A stretch of 64,000 nt of DNA. Origin: Wenyingzhuangia sp. 2_MG-2023 (lineage in GTDB: Bacteria; Bacteroidota; Bacteroidia; Flavobacteriales; Flavobacteriaceae). Location: assembly GCF_030548295.1 (NCBI RefSeq), contig NZ_JAUOSB010000002.1:1-64000 (forward strand), read 5' to 3'. This document shows, piece after piece, positions 21,116 through 31,136 of this stretch (positions within the stretch are counted from its first letter, which is position 1; the number at the start of each line of letters is the position of its first letter). Position numbers and translations under genes: made by a program. Under the pieces are notes generated by a model. The model was not told where the DNA came from and did no database searches. It saw only the letters and a list, made by a program, of their open reading frames with translations.

Positions 21116-21387
21116 GCATTTACAATCACCAATTTTGGACAGATTGTACAGACCCTACTGCCTTAAAAAAAACATACGAAACATTGTTAAAAAAAGCAGG
21201 TTTCACCATTTTACTTTTTAACGAACACCATTTTCCAGAGCAAGGTTATACCTGTTTTTGGTTGTTGGGAGAAAGTCATTTGGCCATACATACTTTTCCA
21301 GAAAGCAATAAAAGTTATGTAGAATTGAGCAGTTGTAACAAAGAAAAACTAGAGGTATTTAAGCTTAAAAACAATAAAATCTCATGA
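21085..21387 (+). CDS. speH: S-adenosylmethionine decarboxylase proenzyme (pyruvoyl-dependent, SpeH-like small form)
   Basis: ESHLAIHTFPE autoprocessing/active-site motif and an N-terminal ..NHQFWTDC (cf. HxxxELWGCD). The alternative upstream ATG at 21070 lies inside the repeat. Confidence 0.75.
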   Translation: MNSTYKKIEASIYNHQFWTDCTDPTALKKTYETLLKKAGFTILLFNEHHFPEQGYTCFWLLGESHLAIHTFPESNKSYVELSSCNKEKLEVFKLKNNKIS

Positions 21388-22154
21388 AAAAAAAAGTAAG
21401 CAATTTCATCAATTACAATCCTTATTTTATTCAATTTATATATACGCTGATTGTACTAAATGTCTGTGCGCTTATTTTAGAATCTTACGACGAACTCCGC
21501 CAACACTATTCTTTTTTCTTTCATGCATTTGAAGTCTTTTCTGTAGCCATCTTTACTTTAGAATATTTTATCCGTATTTGGATTTCGGACAAAACCAAAG
21601 AAGACAAAAGAGAACGCATCAACTTTGCGTTTTCTACCATGGGAATTATAGATTTGATTGCCATTCTGCCTTTTTATTTGCCTTTTATTTTTCCTTTTGA
21701 TTTGAGAGTTCTCCGTATTCTTCGTTTGTTTCGTCTGTTGCGAATTTTCAAATTAGGACGTTATTCCAAATCCTTAAAAACCATTCGATACATTTTTAAA
21801 GAAACCAAAGCAGAATTGTCCATTACCGTATTTGTTACTTTTGTGTTGATGATCCTTTCTTCTACTTTGATGTATTACATAGAGCATGACGATCAACCAG
21901 AACAATTTGGTAGCATAGGAGATGCTTTTTGGTGGTCTGTAGCAACACTTACAACGGTAGGTTATGGAGATGTGTTTCCTGTAACTGCATGGGGAAAATT
22001 GTTGAGCGGAATTATTGCCCTTATCGGAATTGGTTTTGTGGCACTTCCTACAGGAATTATCAGTTCTGCTTTTATAGAAAAAATACAAAACGATAAAAAG
22101 AAACACCCCAATCAAACATGTAACTGTCCGCATTGTGGTAAAAAAATAGAGTAA
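21384..22154 (+). CDS. Voltage-gated-type (6TM) potassium channel
   Basis: 256 aa. S4 with spaced arginines RVLRILRLFRLLRIFKLGR, pore helix and selectivity filter TTVGYGD, and a C-terminal CNCPHC. The start ATG overlaps the speH stop (ATGA). Confidence 0.85.
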   Translation: MKKKVSNFINYNPYFIQFIYTLIVLNVCALILESYDELRQHYSFFFHAFEVFSVAIFTLEYFIRIWISDKTKEDKRERINFAFSTMGIIDLIAILPFYLPFIFPFDLRVLRILRLFRLLRIFKLGRYSKSLKTIRYIFKETKAELSITVFVTFVLMILSSTLMYYIEHDDQPEQFGSIGDAFWWSVATLTTVGYGDVFPVTAWGKLLSGIIALIGIGFVALPTGIISSAFIEKIQNDKKKHPNQTCNCPHCGKKIE

Positions 22155-22157
22155 ACT

Positions 22158-22700
22158 ATGGCACACGCAAAAAACATCTTTTTATTTGTTGGTTTTTTAT
22201 ACTTTGTATACGTTTTAGACCTTGTAATTCCGTTATCTCGCTACGGAATTGTTCCCAGAACGCAACGGGGTTTGATAGGGATTGTTAGTTGTCCTTTTTT
22301 GCATGCCAACCTAAGACACTTGGTTTCTAACACCGTTCCGTTGACTATTTTGTTGTTTGTGCTTTATTCTTTTTACCCTAACAAAGCCATGAGTGTGGTG
22401 GTAATTTCTATTGTTTTGGGCGGAATTTTAGTCTGGCTTTTTGGACGAAATGCCAACCATATTGGTGCCAGCGGATTGATTTACGGATTGGTTGCTTTTT
22501 TAATTGTGAATGGTTTTACCGAGCAAAAATTTGTACCTATACTTATTTCTATTGCTGTAGCCGTAGTTTACGGAAGTCTTTTCTGGGGTATTTTTCCCTC
22601 TTACCGCACCTATGTTTCTTGGGAAGGACATTTGTTTGGAGCTGTAGCTGGTTTTGCAGCTGTGTTTTTGTTAAAAGGACTCAAAAATACAATTGTGTAA
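22158..22700 (+). CDS. Rhomboid family intramembrane serine protease (short form)
   Basis: 180 aa, 6 TM helices. Catalytic GASGLIYGL and a downstream His in WEGHLFGAVAGF. Confidence 0.7.
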   Translation: MAHAKNIFLFVGFLYFVYVLDLVIPLSRYGIVPRTQRGLIGIVSCPFLHANLRHLVSNTVPLTILLFVLYSFYPNKAMSVVVISIVLGGILVWLFGRNANHIGASGLIYGLVAFLIVNGFTEQKFVPILISIAVAVVYGSLFWGIFPSYRTYVSWEGHLFGAVAGFAAVFLLKGLKNTIV

Positions 22701-22725
22701 CTTCGTAAGAAAAAATTGCTGTGTT

Positions 22726-24003
22726 ATGGAGAAGAAATATTTTGCCTCTGAGTTCTTAAATAAGAGTGGTATAAAGGATATGGTTAATATAAATCCTAAA
22801 ACCGAAACTCCTTGTAATGTATTCTGGGATATTACTTTTGACCAAATAAAAAATTGCTCTAGCTTAAATTTCCAACTATGTAGGTTTGATCGTATTGATT
22901 TTTCTATTTTAAAAAATTTATCCTCTAGAACTAGTATAAGCTTTCATAAATGCGAGTTTTTATCATTTTGTGACATTAAATTCAATGAAATAGATAGTTT
23001 AAACATCACCGATTGTAGTTTTAGAAAAAAAGATATAGCAGTAATAATATCTGGGAAAATTCATGAAATTACAATAAAAAACAATGAAAAAATCAAATCA
23101 CCAGGATACAATTTCATGGGGATTGAATGTCTTACATTATCTATAGAAAATATTAATTCTGATAATTCACTTAATTTCACACATAACAACAATATTGTAA
23201 ATAGACAATTAAAGATATCTGACTCTTCTTTTAGTGACATAAATTTTAATCAACTAGAACTCAATGGACGAGTAATAATTGAAAAAACTAATAACGATGT
23301 GGGTTTTGATTTTAATACTTGTGAATTTAGTCTCAATCATTGTATATTTAACAAACAAATAACTATTGAAGACAACAATTTCTCTTCTATAAAAATAGAT
23401 GAAACTTTTTTCTATGGTATAAGTTCATTTCAAAACAACACTGTTAAAAGCATAAAATTTAAAAATTCTCATTTTATGTCACGGGTTTATTTTGATGACC
23501 TCTCCGTTAAAGAGATTACCAAATGTGACAGAAAAACCATCAGAACCATCAAACAAGAGTTGCAAAAAACTGAAAACCGAATAGACTACGATACGTTTAG
23601 AAGTTACGAGTTGGAATTGTACAAAAATGACTTAGTTAAAAAAGAAAAATGGTGGCATTTTAAAGACTTATTTATTTTATCATTAAATAGCTTATTTTCT
23701 AAACATGGAATTAGTTGGAGAAGAGCCATTGGGATGACTGTGTTATTTAGTCTTGGTTTTTACACCGTCCTATACATCATTAAAAACCTCCATAATGATT
23801 TTAATATTACATTAAACGGTTTTAATCATTTTACAAGCGGTTACTTCAAATTCTTTTTAATCACCAACTTTTACGACCCTTTGTCAGAAAACAGAGAATA
23901 CTTGAAATACTTTGGGGAATGGCTTCCTTTTATTTTTGGAAAAATAGTAATTGGTTACGGTTTGTACGAAACCGTTCAATCTTTTAGAAAGTACAAAAAG
24001 TAA
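22726..24003 (+). CDS. Hypothetical protein with an N-terminal irregular ~20-residue beta-helix/pentapeptide-like repeat region and C-terminal TM helices
   Basis: The ORF track starts at 22693 with a non-ATG codon; the first ATG is at 22726 (MEKKYF...). Repeats of the form F..C.F....I.F / NNNF, and a C-terminal hydrophobic region (AIGMTVLFSLGFYTVLYII..., FLITNFY..., WLPFIFGKIVIGYGL). Very AT-rich codon usage. Confidence 0.4.
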   Translation: MEKKYFASEFLNKSGIKDMVNINPKTETPCNVFWDITFDQIKNCSSLNFQLCRFDRIDFSILKNLSSRTSISFHKCEFLSFCDIKFNEIDSLNITDCSFRKKDIAVIISGKIHEITIKNNEKIKSPGYNFMGIECLTLSIENINSDNSLNFTHNNNIVNRQLKISDSSFSDINFNQLELNGRVIIEKTNNDVGFDFNTCEFSLNHCIFNKQITIEDNNFSSIKIDETFFYGISSFQNNTVKSIKFKNSHFMSRVYFDDLSVKEITKCDRKTIRTIKQELQKTENRIDYDTFRSYELELYKNDLVKKEKWWHFKDLFILSLNSLFSKHGISWRRAIGMTVLFSLGFYTVLYIIKNLHNDFNITLNGFNHFTSGYFKFFLITNFYDPLSENREYLKYFGEWLPFIFGKIVIGYGLYETVQSFRKYKK

Positions 24004-24033
24004 CTTGTTTGCTACCAGACAATGTTTAAACAC

Positions 24034-24067
24034 AAAAAAAGCCATCAAATAAATGATGGCTTTTTTG
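24034..24067. terminator. Bidirectional rho-independent terminator (gccatca..tgatggc flanked by A-run and T-run)
   Basis: aaaaaaagccatcaaataaatgatggctttttt lies between convergent genes. Confidence 0.7.
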
Positions 24068-24069
24068 TG

Positions 24070-24375
24070 TTAATGAGAAGCAAGTAATTTGCTCTTCTTT
24101 TTTCTGAGTTGCGACTCTAGTTGCTGAATTGTTTCTGAAACAGCATGTTCAAAATTGTCTTTACTAGCTTCTGCAAAAAAGGTAACATTGTTTCCTTCTA
24201 TTCTAATTCCACAAAGGATTCCTGTATTGTCTGAACTTGTGTTTTCTGTTTTAAAATACACATCTGCATTTATTAAAAAATTATATTTATGATCTAAATC
24301 GTTCAATTTTTCTGTTGTGTATTGTTCTAAATGTTCACTTGCTGTAACATTTTTGTATTCAAAATTGATTTGCAT
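24070..24375 (-). CDS. hpf: Ribosome hibernation promoting factor (short HPF/RaiA family)
   Basis: 101 aa. MQINFEYKNVTASEHLEQYTTEKLNDL... matches the YfiA/HPF beta-alpha-beta-beta-beta-alpha fold signature. Confidence 0.8.
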   Translation of the reverse strand: MQINFEYKNVTASEHLEQYTTEKLNDLDHKYNFLINADVYFKTENTSSDNTGILCGIRIEGNNVTFFAEASKDNFEHAVSETIQQLESQLRKKKSKLLASH

Positions 24376-24420
24376 ATTAATGAATTTTAAGATTTATAAA
24401 TTAAGTCTATCATACCCTTT

Positions 24421-24930
24421 TTAGGCTTCTCCTCTTGCAGGATAACCTTCTTTTAAAATATAATCAATTCCATTTAAAACATCTTTAAAGTCGGGTCTTC
24501 CAAAAGGCATTGATTGTATAGATTCCCAATAAACTTTTCCTTCTTTATCTAGTAAAAATATTCCTGGTTCTACAAATTGATCTGGTTCTTTTTCTGAAAT
24601 TGCATTAGAGATAAACAATCCCCATTCTCTACCTTCTTCTACAGACAAACCGTAACCTAATGGCACATTTTTTAGATCCCAGTTTTCATGTGTTTCTTTT
24701 GCTACTTCTTCTGTATTTACACTAATAGCAATTACGTTTACACCTCTACTAGAAAAGTCTTCCATTTTTCTTTCTAAATCTTTTAATTGCATTTTACAAA
24801 CCGGACAGTGTTTTCCTCTGTAAAATAAAACCAGGGTAAAGTTCTCTGGATGTTGCTCTTCTAAACTCCATTGAGTTCCGTTCACTAAATTTATTTTTAA
24901 GTTGGGTGCTTTTTCTCTTGGTTTCATCAT
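24421..24930 (-). CDS. Peroxiredoxin-like / AhpC-TSA (redoxin) family protein
   Basis: Thioredoxin-fold CPVC motif (FYRGKHCPVCKMQL). The ORF track start at 24948 is TTG; the first ATG is at 24930. Confidence 0.6.
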   Translation of the reverse strand: MMKPREKAPNLKINLVNGTQWSLEEQHPENFTLVLFYRGKHCPVCKMQLKDLERKMEDFSSRGVNVIAISVNTEEVAKETHENWDLKNVPLGYGLSVEEGREWGLFISNAISEKEPDQFVEPGIFLLDKEGKVYWESIQSMPFGRPDFKDVLNGIDYILKEGYPARGEA

Positions 24931-25213
24931 TTTATTTGATTTTTTCAATTATTAATATTTATTCTATTTCTAGTTTTACATCATTAGCAAAACTTATAAT
25001 TTGTTATTTATACTTTTTCAGGGATGTAAAAAGTTAGCTCATCCCTTTTCACTAATTTTAAAACAAAGTTATCTGATAAGAATCGTCTCTATTAACGCAT
25101 AACAAGGAGAAGTGAACGCATATGCTAATTAAAAAACAGCTTAAGAAATTCGTAATTACAAGGAATCATAAAACTATCTTATCTTTATAGTGGTCATATA
25201 TACAAACAACTCT

Positions 25214-26290
25214 ATGCATACTAAGTATTTTACATTTCTTTTAGCCTTATTACTATTTCTGGTGGGATGTAGTAAAAACGATGATCGTATTAGTTCCAAT
25301 ATCTCTGAAACCATGTATTTTCCAGAAAATAATACAGACACATGGGAAACTATGTCTCCTGCTAGTTTGGAATGGAATGAAAATGCCATCCCTGTTTTAA
25401 ATCAATACCTTATAGATAACAATACCAAATCTTTTATGATTTTGGTAAATGGTAGAATTGTTATGGAAGAGTATTACAACGACCATACCGCAACTTCTTC
25501 TTGGCAATGGAACAGTGCTGGTAAAACCTTAGTAACAGCAACTGTAGGAATTGCTCAACAAGAAGGAATTCTTACTATTAAAAACAAAGTATCTGATTAT
25601 TTAGGTACAGGCTGGACAAGTGAATCCATAATAAAGGAAAACTTAATAACCTCTAAAAATTTACTTTCCATGACTTCTGGAATGGACGATTCTAAAAACT
25701 GGGTCATCAAATCTAACTTAACCTATGTGGCAGATGCAGGAACAAGATGGGCATACCACAATGTTTTTCAGAAATTAATGGATGTAGTTGCAGCATCTAG
25801 CAATCAAGAGTTTGAATCTTATTTCAATACCAAAATAAAAGATAAAATAGGCATGGACGGTAACTGGGACGATGGAATTATTTTTAAAATATACCACAGT
25901 AATACACGTAGTATGGCTAGGTTTGGACTTCTTTCTCTTAACCAAGGAAAATGGAAAAAGGAACAAATAGTGAATGAATCTTTTTTTAATGAGAGTATTA
26001 ATTCCTCGCAAGACATCAATCCATCATACGGCTATCTTTGGTGGCTCAATGGTAAAACAAGCTATATGTTATCCGGTAGTCAAACAGTTAATTCTGGATA
26101 TTTAGTTCCGAATGCTCCTGCAGAAATGTATGCTGCCATGGGTGCACAAGACCAACGTATTTATATTATTCCGAGTAAAAACATCGTTATCATAAGAATG
26201 GGAGACTCCGCAGATCCAGAAAACAGAAATGCTGCTCTTTCTAATTTTGATAATTACCTTTGGGAAAAAATAAATGACGTGATCAATTAA
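25214..26290 (+). CDS. Beta-lactamase-related serine hydrolase, lipoprotein
   Basis: Signal peptide/lipobox LLFLVGCSKN. SxxK motif (NSAGKT) in the beta-lactamase/transpeptidase-like position. Confidence 0.55.
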   Translation: MHTKYFTFLLALLLFLVGCSKNDDRISSNISETMYFPENNTDTWETMSPASLEWNENAIPVLNQYLIDNNTKSFMILVNGRIVMEEYYNDHTATSSWQWNSAGKTLVTATVGIAQQEGILTIKNKVSDYLGTGWTSESIIKENLITSKNLLSMTSGMDDSKNWVIKSNLTYVADAGTRWAYHNVFQKLMDVVAASSNQEFESYFNTKIKDKIGMDGNWDDGIIFKIYHSNTRSMARFGLLSLNQGKWKKEQIVNESFFNESINSSQDINPSYGYLWWLNGKTSYMLSGSQTVNSGYLVPNAPAEMYAAMGAQDQRIYIIPSKNIVIIRMGDSADPENRNAALSNFDNYLWEKINDVIN

Positions 26291-26391
26291 TTTAAAAAAC
26301 ATATTTTCTTTTTAAACCATTACAACTAGTAGAAATAGCCGTTGCACAATGCTAATTGAAAATGTACCTTTGCAATCCTTAAAGAAATTAA

Positions 26392-27978
26392 ATGGCATTT
26401 TTAGACGAAATTAAACGTAGAAGAACTTTTGGTATTATCTCTCACCCGGATGCAGGTAAAACTACCTTGACCGAAAAGTTGTTGCTTTTTGGAGGTGCAA
26501 TCACCGAGGCAGGTGCTGTAAAAAACAACAAGGTAAAAAAAGGAGCTACTTCCGATTTTATGGAAATAGAACGTCAGCGTGGTATTTCTGTTGCTACATC
26601 TGTATTGGCATTCAACTACAAAAATCGTAAAATCAATATTTTAGATACGCCTGGTCACAAAGACTTTGCCGAAGATACGTTTAGAACTTTAACAGCGGTA
26701 GATTCTGTTATTGTTGTAATTGATGTTGCCAAAGGGGTAGAACCTCAGACCGAGAAATTGGTAGAAGTGTGTAGAATGCGTAAAATTCCGATGATTGTGT
26801 TCATCAACAAATTGGACCGTGAAGGAAAAGATGCGTTTGATTTGTTAGACGAAGTAGAACAAAAATTAGGATTGACCACCACCCCACTTTCGTTTCCTAT
26901 TGGTATGGGTTACGATTTTCAGGGAATTTACAATATTTGGGAAAAGAAGATAAACCTGTTTGCAGGAGATAAAAAACAAAAAGTAACCACAGGTATTGAG
27001 TTTACCGACATCAACGTGCCAGAATTGGACGAAATGATTGGTAACAAAGCTGCGGATAGATTGCGTGAAGAAATAGAAATGGTTACAGGAGTTTATCCTC
27101 CTTTTGATCAAGAAGATTATTTAAACGGAGATTTACAGCCTGTATTTTTTGGTTCTGCATTGAATAATTTTGGAGTAAAAGAATTGTTGGATTGTTTTAT
27201 AGAAATAGCTCCAACTCCTCAACCTAAAAAAGCAGAAGAGCGTTTGGTAGATTCTAAAGAAGAAAAACTAACAGGTTTTGTCTTTAAAATTCATGCCAAC
27301 ATGGATCCTAAACACAGAGACCGCTTGGCTTTTGTGAAAATTGTTTCAGGAACTTTTCAAAGAAATGCACCTTATCTACACGTAAGAAACGGTAAAAAAA
27401 TGAAGTTTTCTAGTCCCAATGCTTTCTTTGCAGAGAAAAAAGAAATTGTGGACGAATCCTATCCAGGAGATATTGTTGGTTTGCACGATACTGGAAACTT
27501 TAAAATTGGAGATACATTAACAGAAGGAGAAATTATCAACTTTAAAGGAATTCCAAGTTTTTCACCAGAACATTTCCGTTATGTAAACAATGCAGATCCT
27601 TTAAAAGCAAAACAATTGTACAAAGGTTTGGATCAGTTGATGGACGAAGGAGTTGCTCAGTTGTTTACCTTAGAACTTAATGGTCGTAAAATAATTGGAA
27701 CCGTTGGTGCTTTGCAATACGAAGTTATTCAGTACCGTTTGGAACACGAATACGGAGCAAAATGTACTTACGAAAATTTAGCCATGCACAAAGTTTGTTG
27801 GGTAGAACCTACAAACAACAAAGCTGAATTTGAAGAATTTAAACGTGTAAAACAACGTTATTTGGCAAAAGACAAACAAGGACAATTGGTGTTTTTAGCA
27901 GATTCTGCTTTTACCATTCAAATGACACAAGATAAATATCCATCAGTCAAACTTCACTTTACTAGTGAGTTTAAATAA
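26392..27978 (+). CDS. prfC: Peptide chain release factor 3
   Basis: 528 aa. N-terminus RRRTFGIISHPDAGKTTLTEKLLLFGGAI, GTPase motifs DTPGHKDF and NKLD, and RF3 length and domain order. Confidence 0.95.
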   Translation: MAFLDEIKRRRTFGIISHPDAGKTTLTEKLLLFGGAITEAGAVKNNKVKKGATSDFMEIERQRGISVATSVLAFNYKNRKINILDTPGHKDFAEDTFRTLTAVDSVIVVIDVAKGVEPQTEKLVEVCRMRKIPMIVFINKLDREGKDAFDLLDEVEQKLGLTTTPLSFPIGMGYDFQGIYNIWEKKINLFAGDKKQKVTTGIEFTDINVPELDEMIGNKAADRLREEIEMVTGVYPPFDQEDYLNGDLQPVFFGSALNNFGVKELLDCFIEIAPTPQPKKAEERLVDSKEEKLTGFVFKIHANMDPKHRDRLAFVKIVSGTFQRNAPYLHVRNGKKMKFSSPNAFFAEKKEIVDESYPGDIVGLHDTGNFKIGDTLTEGEIINFKGIPSFSPEHFRYVNNADPLKAKQLYKGLDQLMDEGVAQLFTLELNGRKIIGTVGALQYEVIQYRLEHEYGAKCTYENLAMHKVCWVEPTNNKAEFEEFKRVKQRYLAKDKQGQLVFLADSAFTIQMTQDKYPSVKLHFTSEFK

Positions 27979-27987
27979 ACTACTGTA

Positions 27988-30519
27988 ATGAAAAATCTGT
28001 TTCTCTTTGTTTTCTATTTGATAGGTTTGACAACATTTGCTCAGACAAAAAACCTGTCCAATATTCCTAAATATTCTTTAGAAAACAACGTAAGACTGAA
28101 TTACATTCCAGTAACCATGCCAATAAGAGGTACCGTATATACACCTAAAACAATGGGCTTGGCTGGCTTGCACTATTTGGTTCCAATTTCGGAATCGTTT
28201 TATGGAGGTATAAACATGCAAGCGGCATTGTTTGGAGACCAAGGTGGTTTGTTTACTTTGGGGGCTGAACTAGGTTATACACAACCCCTATTTTCAAATT
28301 TATTTTTGGATGCCAATTTTAACTTTGGTGGTGGTGGTGGTTACAGATCATTGATTAACAAAGGAGCTTACATCAATTCAAATATAGGGTTGGGATATCA
28401 TTTTCCTAAATTTAATGTAGGTTTACAATACAGTCATTTCAACTTTTACACAGGAATAATTCATAGCAATACAGCTTCTATTTTTGCAGAAATTCCTATT
28501 GGTGTAAACCTTAGTAGTTACAGCAAAGCCAACAAAACATTTAGACCCAAACCCAATTCCCCTTGGTACACTGCTTTTCACAAAAATGGTTTTGTGCTAA
28601 GGCTAGATCAATTTATAGCAACAGGAAATTCCCGCAAAGAAGCCTCCGAAAACTACGATCCGTTAAACAATACCATTCTCTATTTGTTAGGATTTGAATA
28701 CCAGAGATACATCAACCAAAACACTTTTGCTTTTGTACATACAGATGCTATTTATAAAGGACTAACTGCTGGTTTTATGGATTTGTTTGGAGGTATTGGT
28801 TACGAACCTATCCAAACTAAATATTTTAATGTGTATACCAAATTTGCTTTTGGAGCAGCTGGAGGAAGGATAAAAGAAGAAGGTGGAGCTACTATTTACC
28901 CAAGCCTTGGTTTGGAATATAAAATTACACCTACACTCTCTTTTCAGGCACACGGAGGTTATTTGAGAGCTATTGATGGAGATTTTGAAGCTTATACTTT
29001 TGGAGGAGGTGTAAAAATAAATACGTATACAGGAGGTTTTTACCATCCTGAAACCAACAAAAGAGCATATCAACTAAAAAGTCATGGAATTAGAGTAAGC
29101 GCACAACACCAAACTTATTTTGATGTACATAGGCACGAAAGAGAACCTATCGATTTGCATCTGTTTGCTTTGCAAGTAAATTACGATCTTAACAACTACT
29201 TGTACATTACTGGACAAGCAGCTTTTGCTTATGAAAGCACTTACAATGGAAACGATTCTAATAGCAACATAGGTGCAGGAGGATATGCCGACGGAATGGT
29301 TGGATTCGGATTCTATTCTCCTATATTTGCAAAACAAAAAATTCAGCTATTCACAGAGTTTCTTTTAGGAGCTGGTGGAGGTGCTGGAGTTGATACTGAA
29401 GAGGGAGTTATTTCCAAAGCAAAAATTGGTGGTTATTATAGATTAAACGATCATTTTTCCATCATGGGTTCTGTAGGAAAGGTAATCTCTCCAATTACCA
29501 GCATCAATTCAAATAATGTAAACATCGGGTTGAGTGTGGATTTTTCATCACTTAAATCTATATTTAAAATAAAAAAGAAAGAAATGAACAACGGATTGTA
29601 CGCAAAATTCAACACCTCAAAAGGTGCTATTTTAGTAAATTTAGAATTTGAAAAAACTCCTGGTACCGTGGGTAACTTTGTTGCTTTGGCTGAAGGAAAC
29701 ATGGAAAACAATGCAAAACCACAAGGAACTCCTTATTATGATGGATTGAAATTTCACCGTGTCATTGCTGATTTCATGATTCAAGGAGGATGTCCACAAG
29801 GAACAGGTACAGGAAGCCCTGGATACAGTTTTGATGATGAGATTGTAGCAGAATTAAAGCACGATACTCCTGGGAAATTATCTATGGCCAACGCTGGACC
29901 AGGAACCAATGGTTCTCAGTTTTTTATCACACACACAGCTACTCCTTGGTTAGATGGTAAACACACTGTTTTTGGAAGTGTTGTAGAAGGACAAGATATT
30001 GTAGACGCTATTGCACAAGGTGATGAAATTGAAGCTTTAGAAATTATTCGTGTAGGTGAAGCTGCAGAAAAATTTAGTGCAATTGAAGCTTTTAGAACTT
30101 TTGAAGGTGCTAGAGAAGCAAAAATAAAAGCAGAAGCAGAAGCTAAAGAAATGGAATTGGAAAAATTGGCTGCTGGATACGAAAAAACAGCTAGTGGATT
30201 GCGTTACAAAATTATTCAAGCTAGTGCATCTGGACAAAAAGCAAACAAAGGACAAATGGTTTCTGTACACTACAAAGGACAATTGCCTGATGGAACTGTG
30301 TTTGACTCTTCTTACAAAAGAAAACAACCTATTGATTTTGCAATTGGTGTAGGACAGGTAATTTCTGGATGGGATGAAGGGATTCAATTGTTAGAAGTTG
30401 GAGACAAAGCTCGTTTGGTAATTCCTTCTGATTTAGGATACGGATCTCGTGGAGCTGGTGGTGTTATTCCTCCTAACGCAACCTTAATTTTTGACGTAGA
30501 ATTGGTGGCAGTAAAATAA
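27988..30519 (+). CDS. In-frame fusion of an N-terminal outer-membrane beta-barrel-like domain, a cyclophilin-type PPIase and an FKBP-type PPIase
   Basis: 843 aa. Signal peptide, then ~520 aa of Gly/aromatic-rich amphipathic beta strands ending in ...SLKSIF (OMP-like terminal Phe). Then [17 protein letters not shown]...[16 protein letters not shown]...[17 protein letters not shown] (cyclophilin). Then an E/A-rich linker and [21 protein letters not shown]...[24 protein letters not shown] (FKBP). Confidence 0.7.
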   Translation: MKNLFLFVFYLIGLTTFAQTKNLSNIPKYSLENNVRLNYIPVTMPIRGTVYTPKTMGLAGLHYLVPISESFYGGINMQAALFGDQGGLFTLGAELGYTQPLFSNLFLDANFNFGGGGGYRSLINKGAYINSNIGLGYHFPKFNVGLQYSHFNFYTGIIHSNTASIFAEIPIGVNLSSYSKANKTFRPKPNSPWYTAFHKNGFVLRLDQFIATGNSRKEASENYDPLNNTILYLLGFEYQRYINQNTFAFVHTDAIYKGLTAGFMDLFGGIGYEPIQTKYFNVYTKFAFGAAGGRIKEEGGATIYPSLGLEYKITPTLSFQAHGGYLRAIDGDFEAYTFGGGVKINTYTGGFYHPETNKRAYQLKSHGIRVSAQHQTYFDVHRHEREPIDLHLFALQVNYDLNNYLYITGQAAFAYESTYNGNDSNSNIGAGGYADGMVGFGFYSPIFAKQKIQLFTEFLLGAGGGAGVDTEEGVISKAKIGGYYRLNDHFSIMGSVGKVISPITSINSNNVNIGLSVDFSSLKSIFKIKKKEMNNGLYAKFNTSKGAILVNLEFEKTPGTVGNFVALAEGNMENNAKPQGTPYYDGLKFHRVIADFMIQGGCPQGTGTGSPGYSFDDEIVAELKHDTPGKLSMANAGPGTNGSQFFITHTATPWLDGKHTVFGSVVEGQDIVDAIAQGDEIEALEIIRVGEAAEKFSAIEAFRTFEGAREAKIKAEAEAKEMELEKLAAGYEKTASGLRYKIIQASASGQKANKGQMVSVHYKGQLPDGTVFDSSYKRKQPIDFAIGVGQVISGWDEGIQLLEVGDKARLVIPSDLGYGSRGAGGVIPPNATLIFDVELVAVK

Positions 30520-30623
30520 GCACTCACACAAGTATATTTTAAAAACGTTCAACTAATGTTGGACGTTTTTTTTACATCTTTGTTTTACAAAATTGATTCA
30601 AAAAAAATAAATCTATTCCCTTT

Positions 30624-31043
30624 ATGGATGCAAAACTAAAAGACTACATAGAAACTACCTTACAAAAAATAGCCGTTTTGGACGAATCTGATGTTGCTTA
30701 TGAACATATTGAGATTTATGAATTTCAACAGAGCTACGAAAACGGAGCTAAGTTTCAACAACAAAATGGAGATTTTTATGCAATTGCTTTATTAAATGCC
30801 ATTACTTTAGAAAGTGCTTCTGAAATTTCTAGAGAAATTAAAAAGAACAAAAACTTAAGTCTCTCTGGATTGATTCGTTTTGTAGACCAACACCGCTTGA
30901 AATGTTACATAAAAGGAACCTCAAAATCTTATTCTGAGTGGCAAACAGGTGATGTTGGGGTGGCGGTAATTACTTATGACGATGTTAAAAAACAAATCAT
31001 TCCTAGCTTTACCAATGAATCTGCTTTGAATAGAGCAAAATAA
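30624..31043 (+). CDS. Hypothetical cytoplasmic protein
   Basis: 139 aa ORF with good start context. No recognisable motifs. Confidence 0.4.
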   Translation: MDAKLKDYIETTLQKIAVLDESDVAYEHIEIYEFQQSYENGAKFQQQNGDFYAIALLNAITLESASEISREIKKNKNLSLSGLIRFVDQHRLKCYIKGTSKSYSEWQTGDVGVAVITYDDVKKQIIPSFTNESALNRAK

Positions 31044-31136
31044 AAATGCTGATGTAATTCCAAAATCAAACAAAAAAAGTCATAAGAGTTTGTTCTCTTA
31101 TGACTTTTTAATTGAAATTAAGCAAGCTTACATTTT

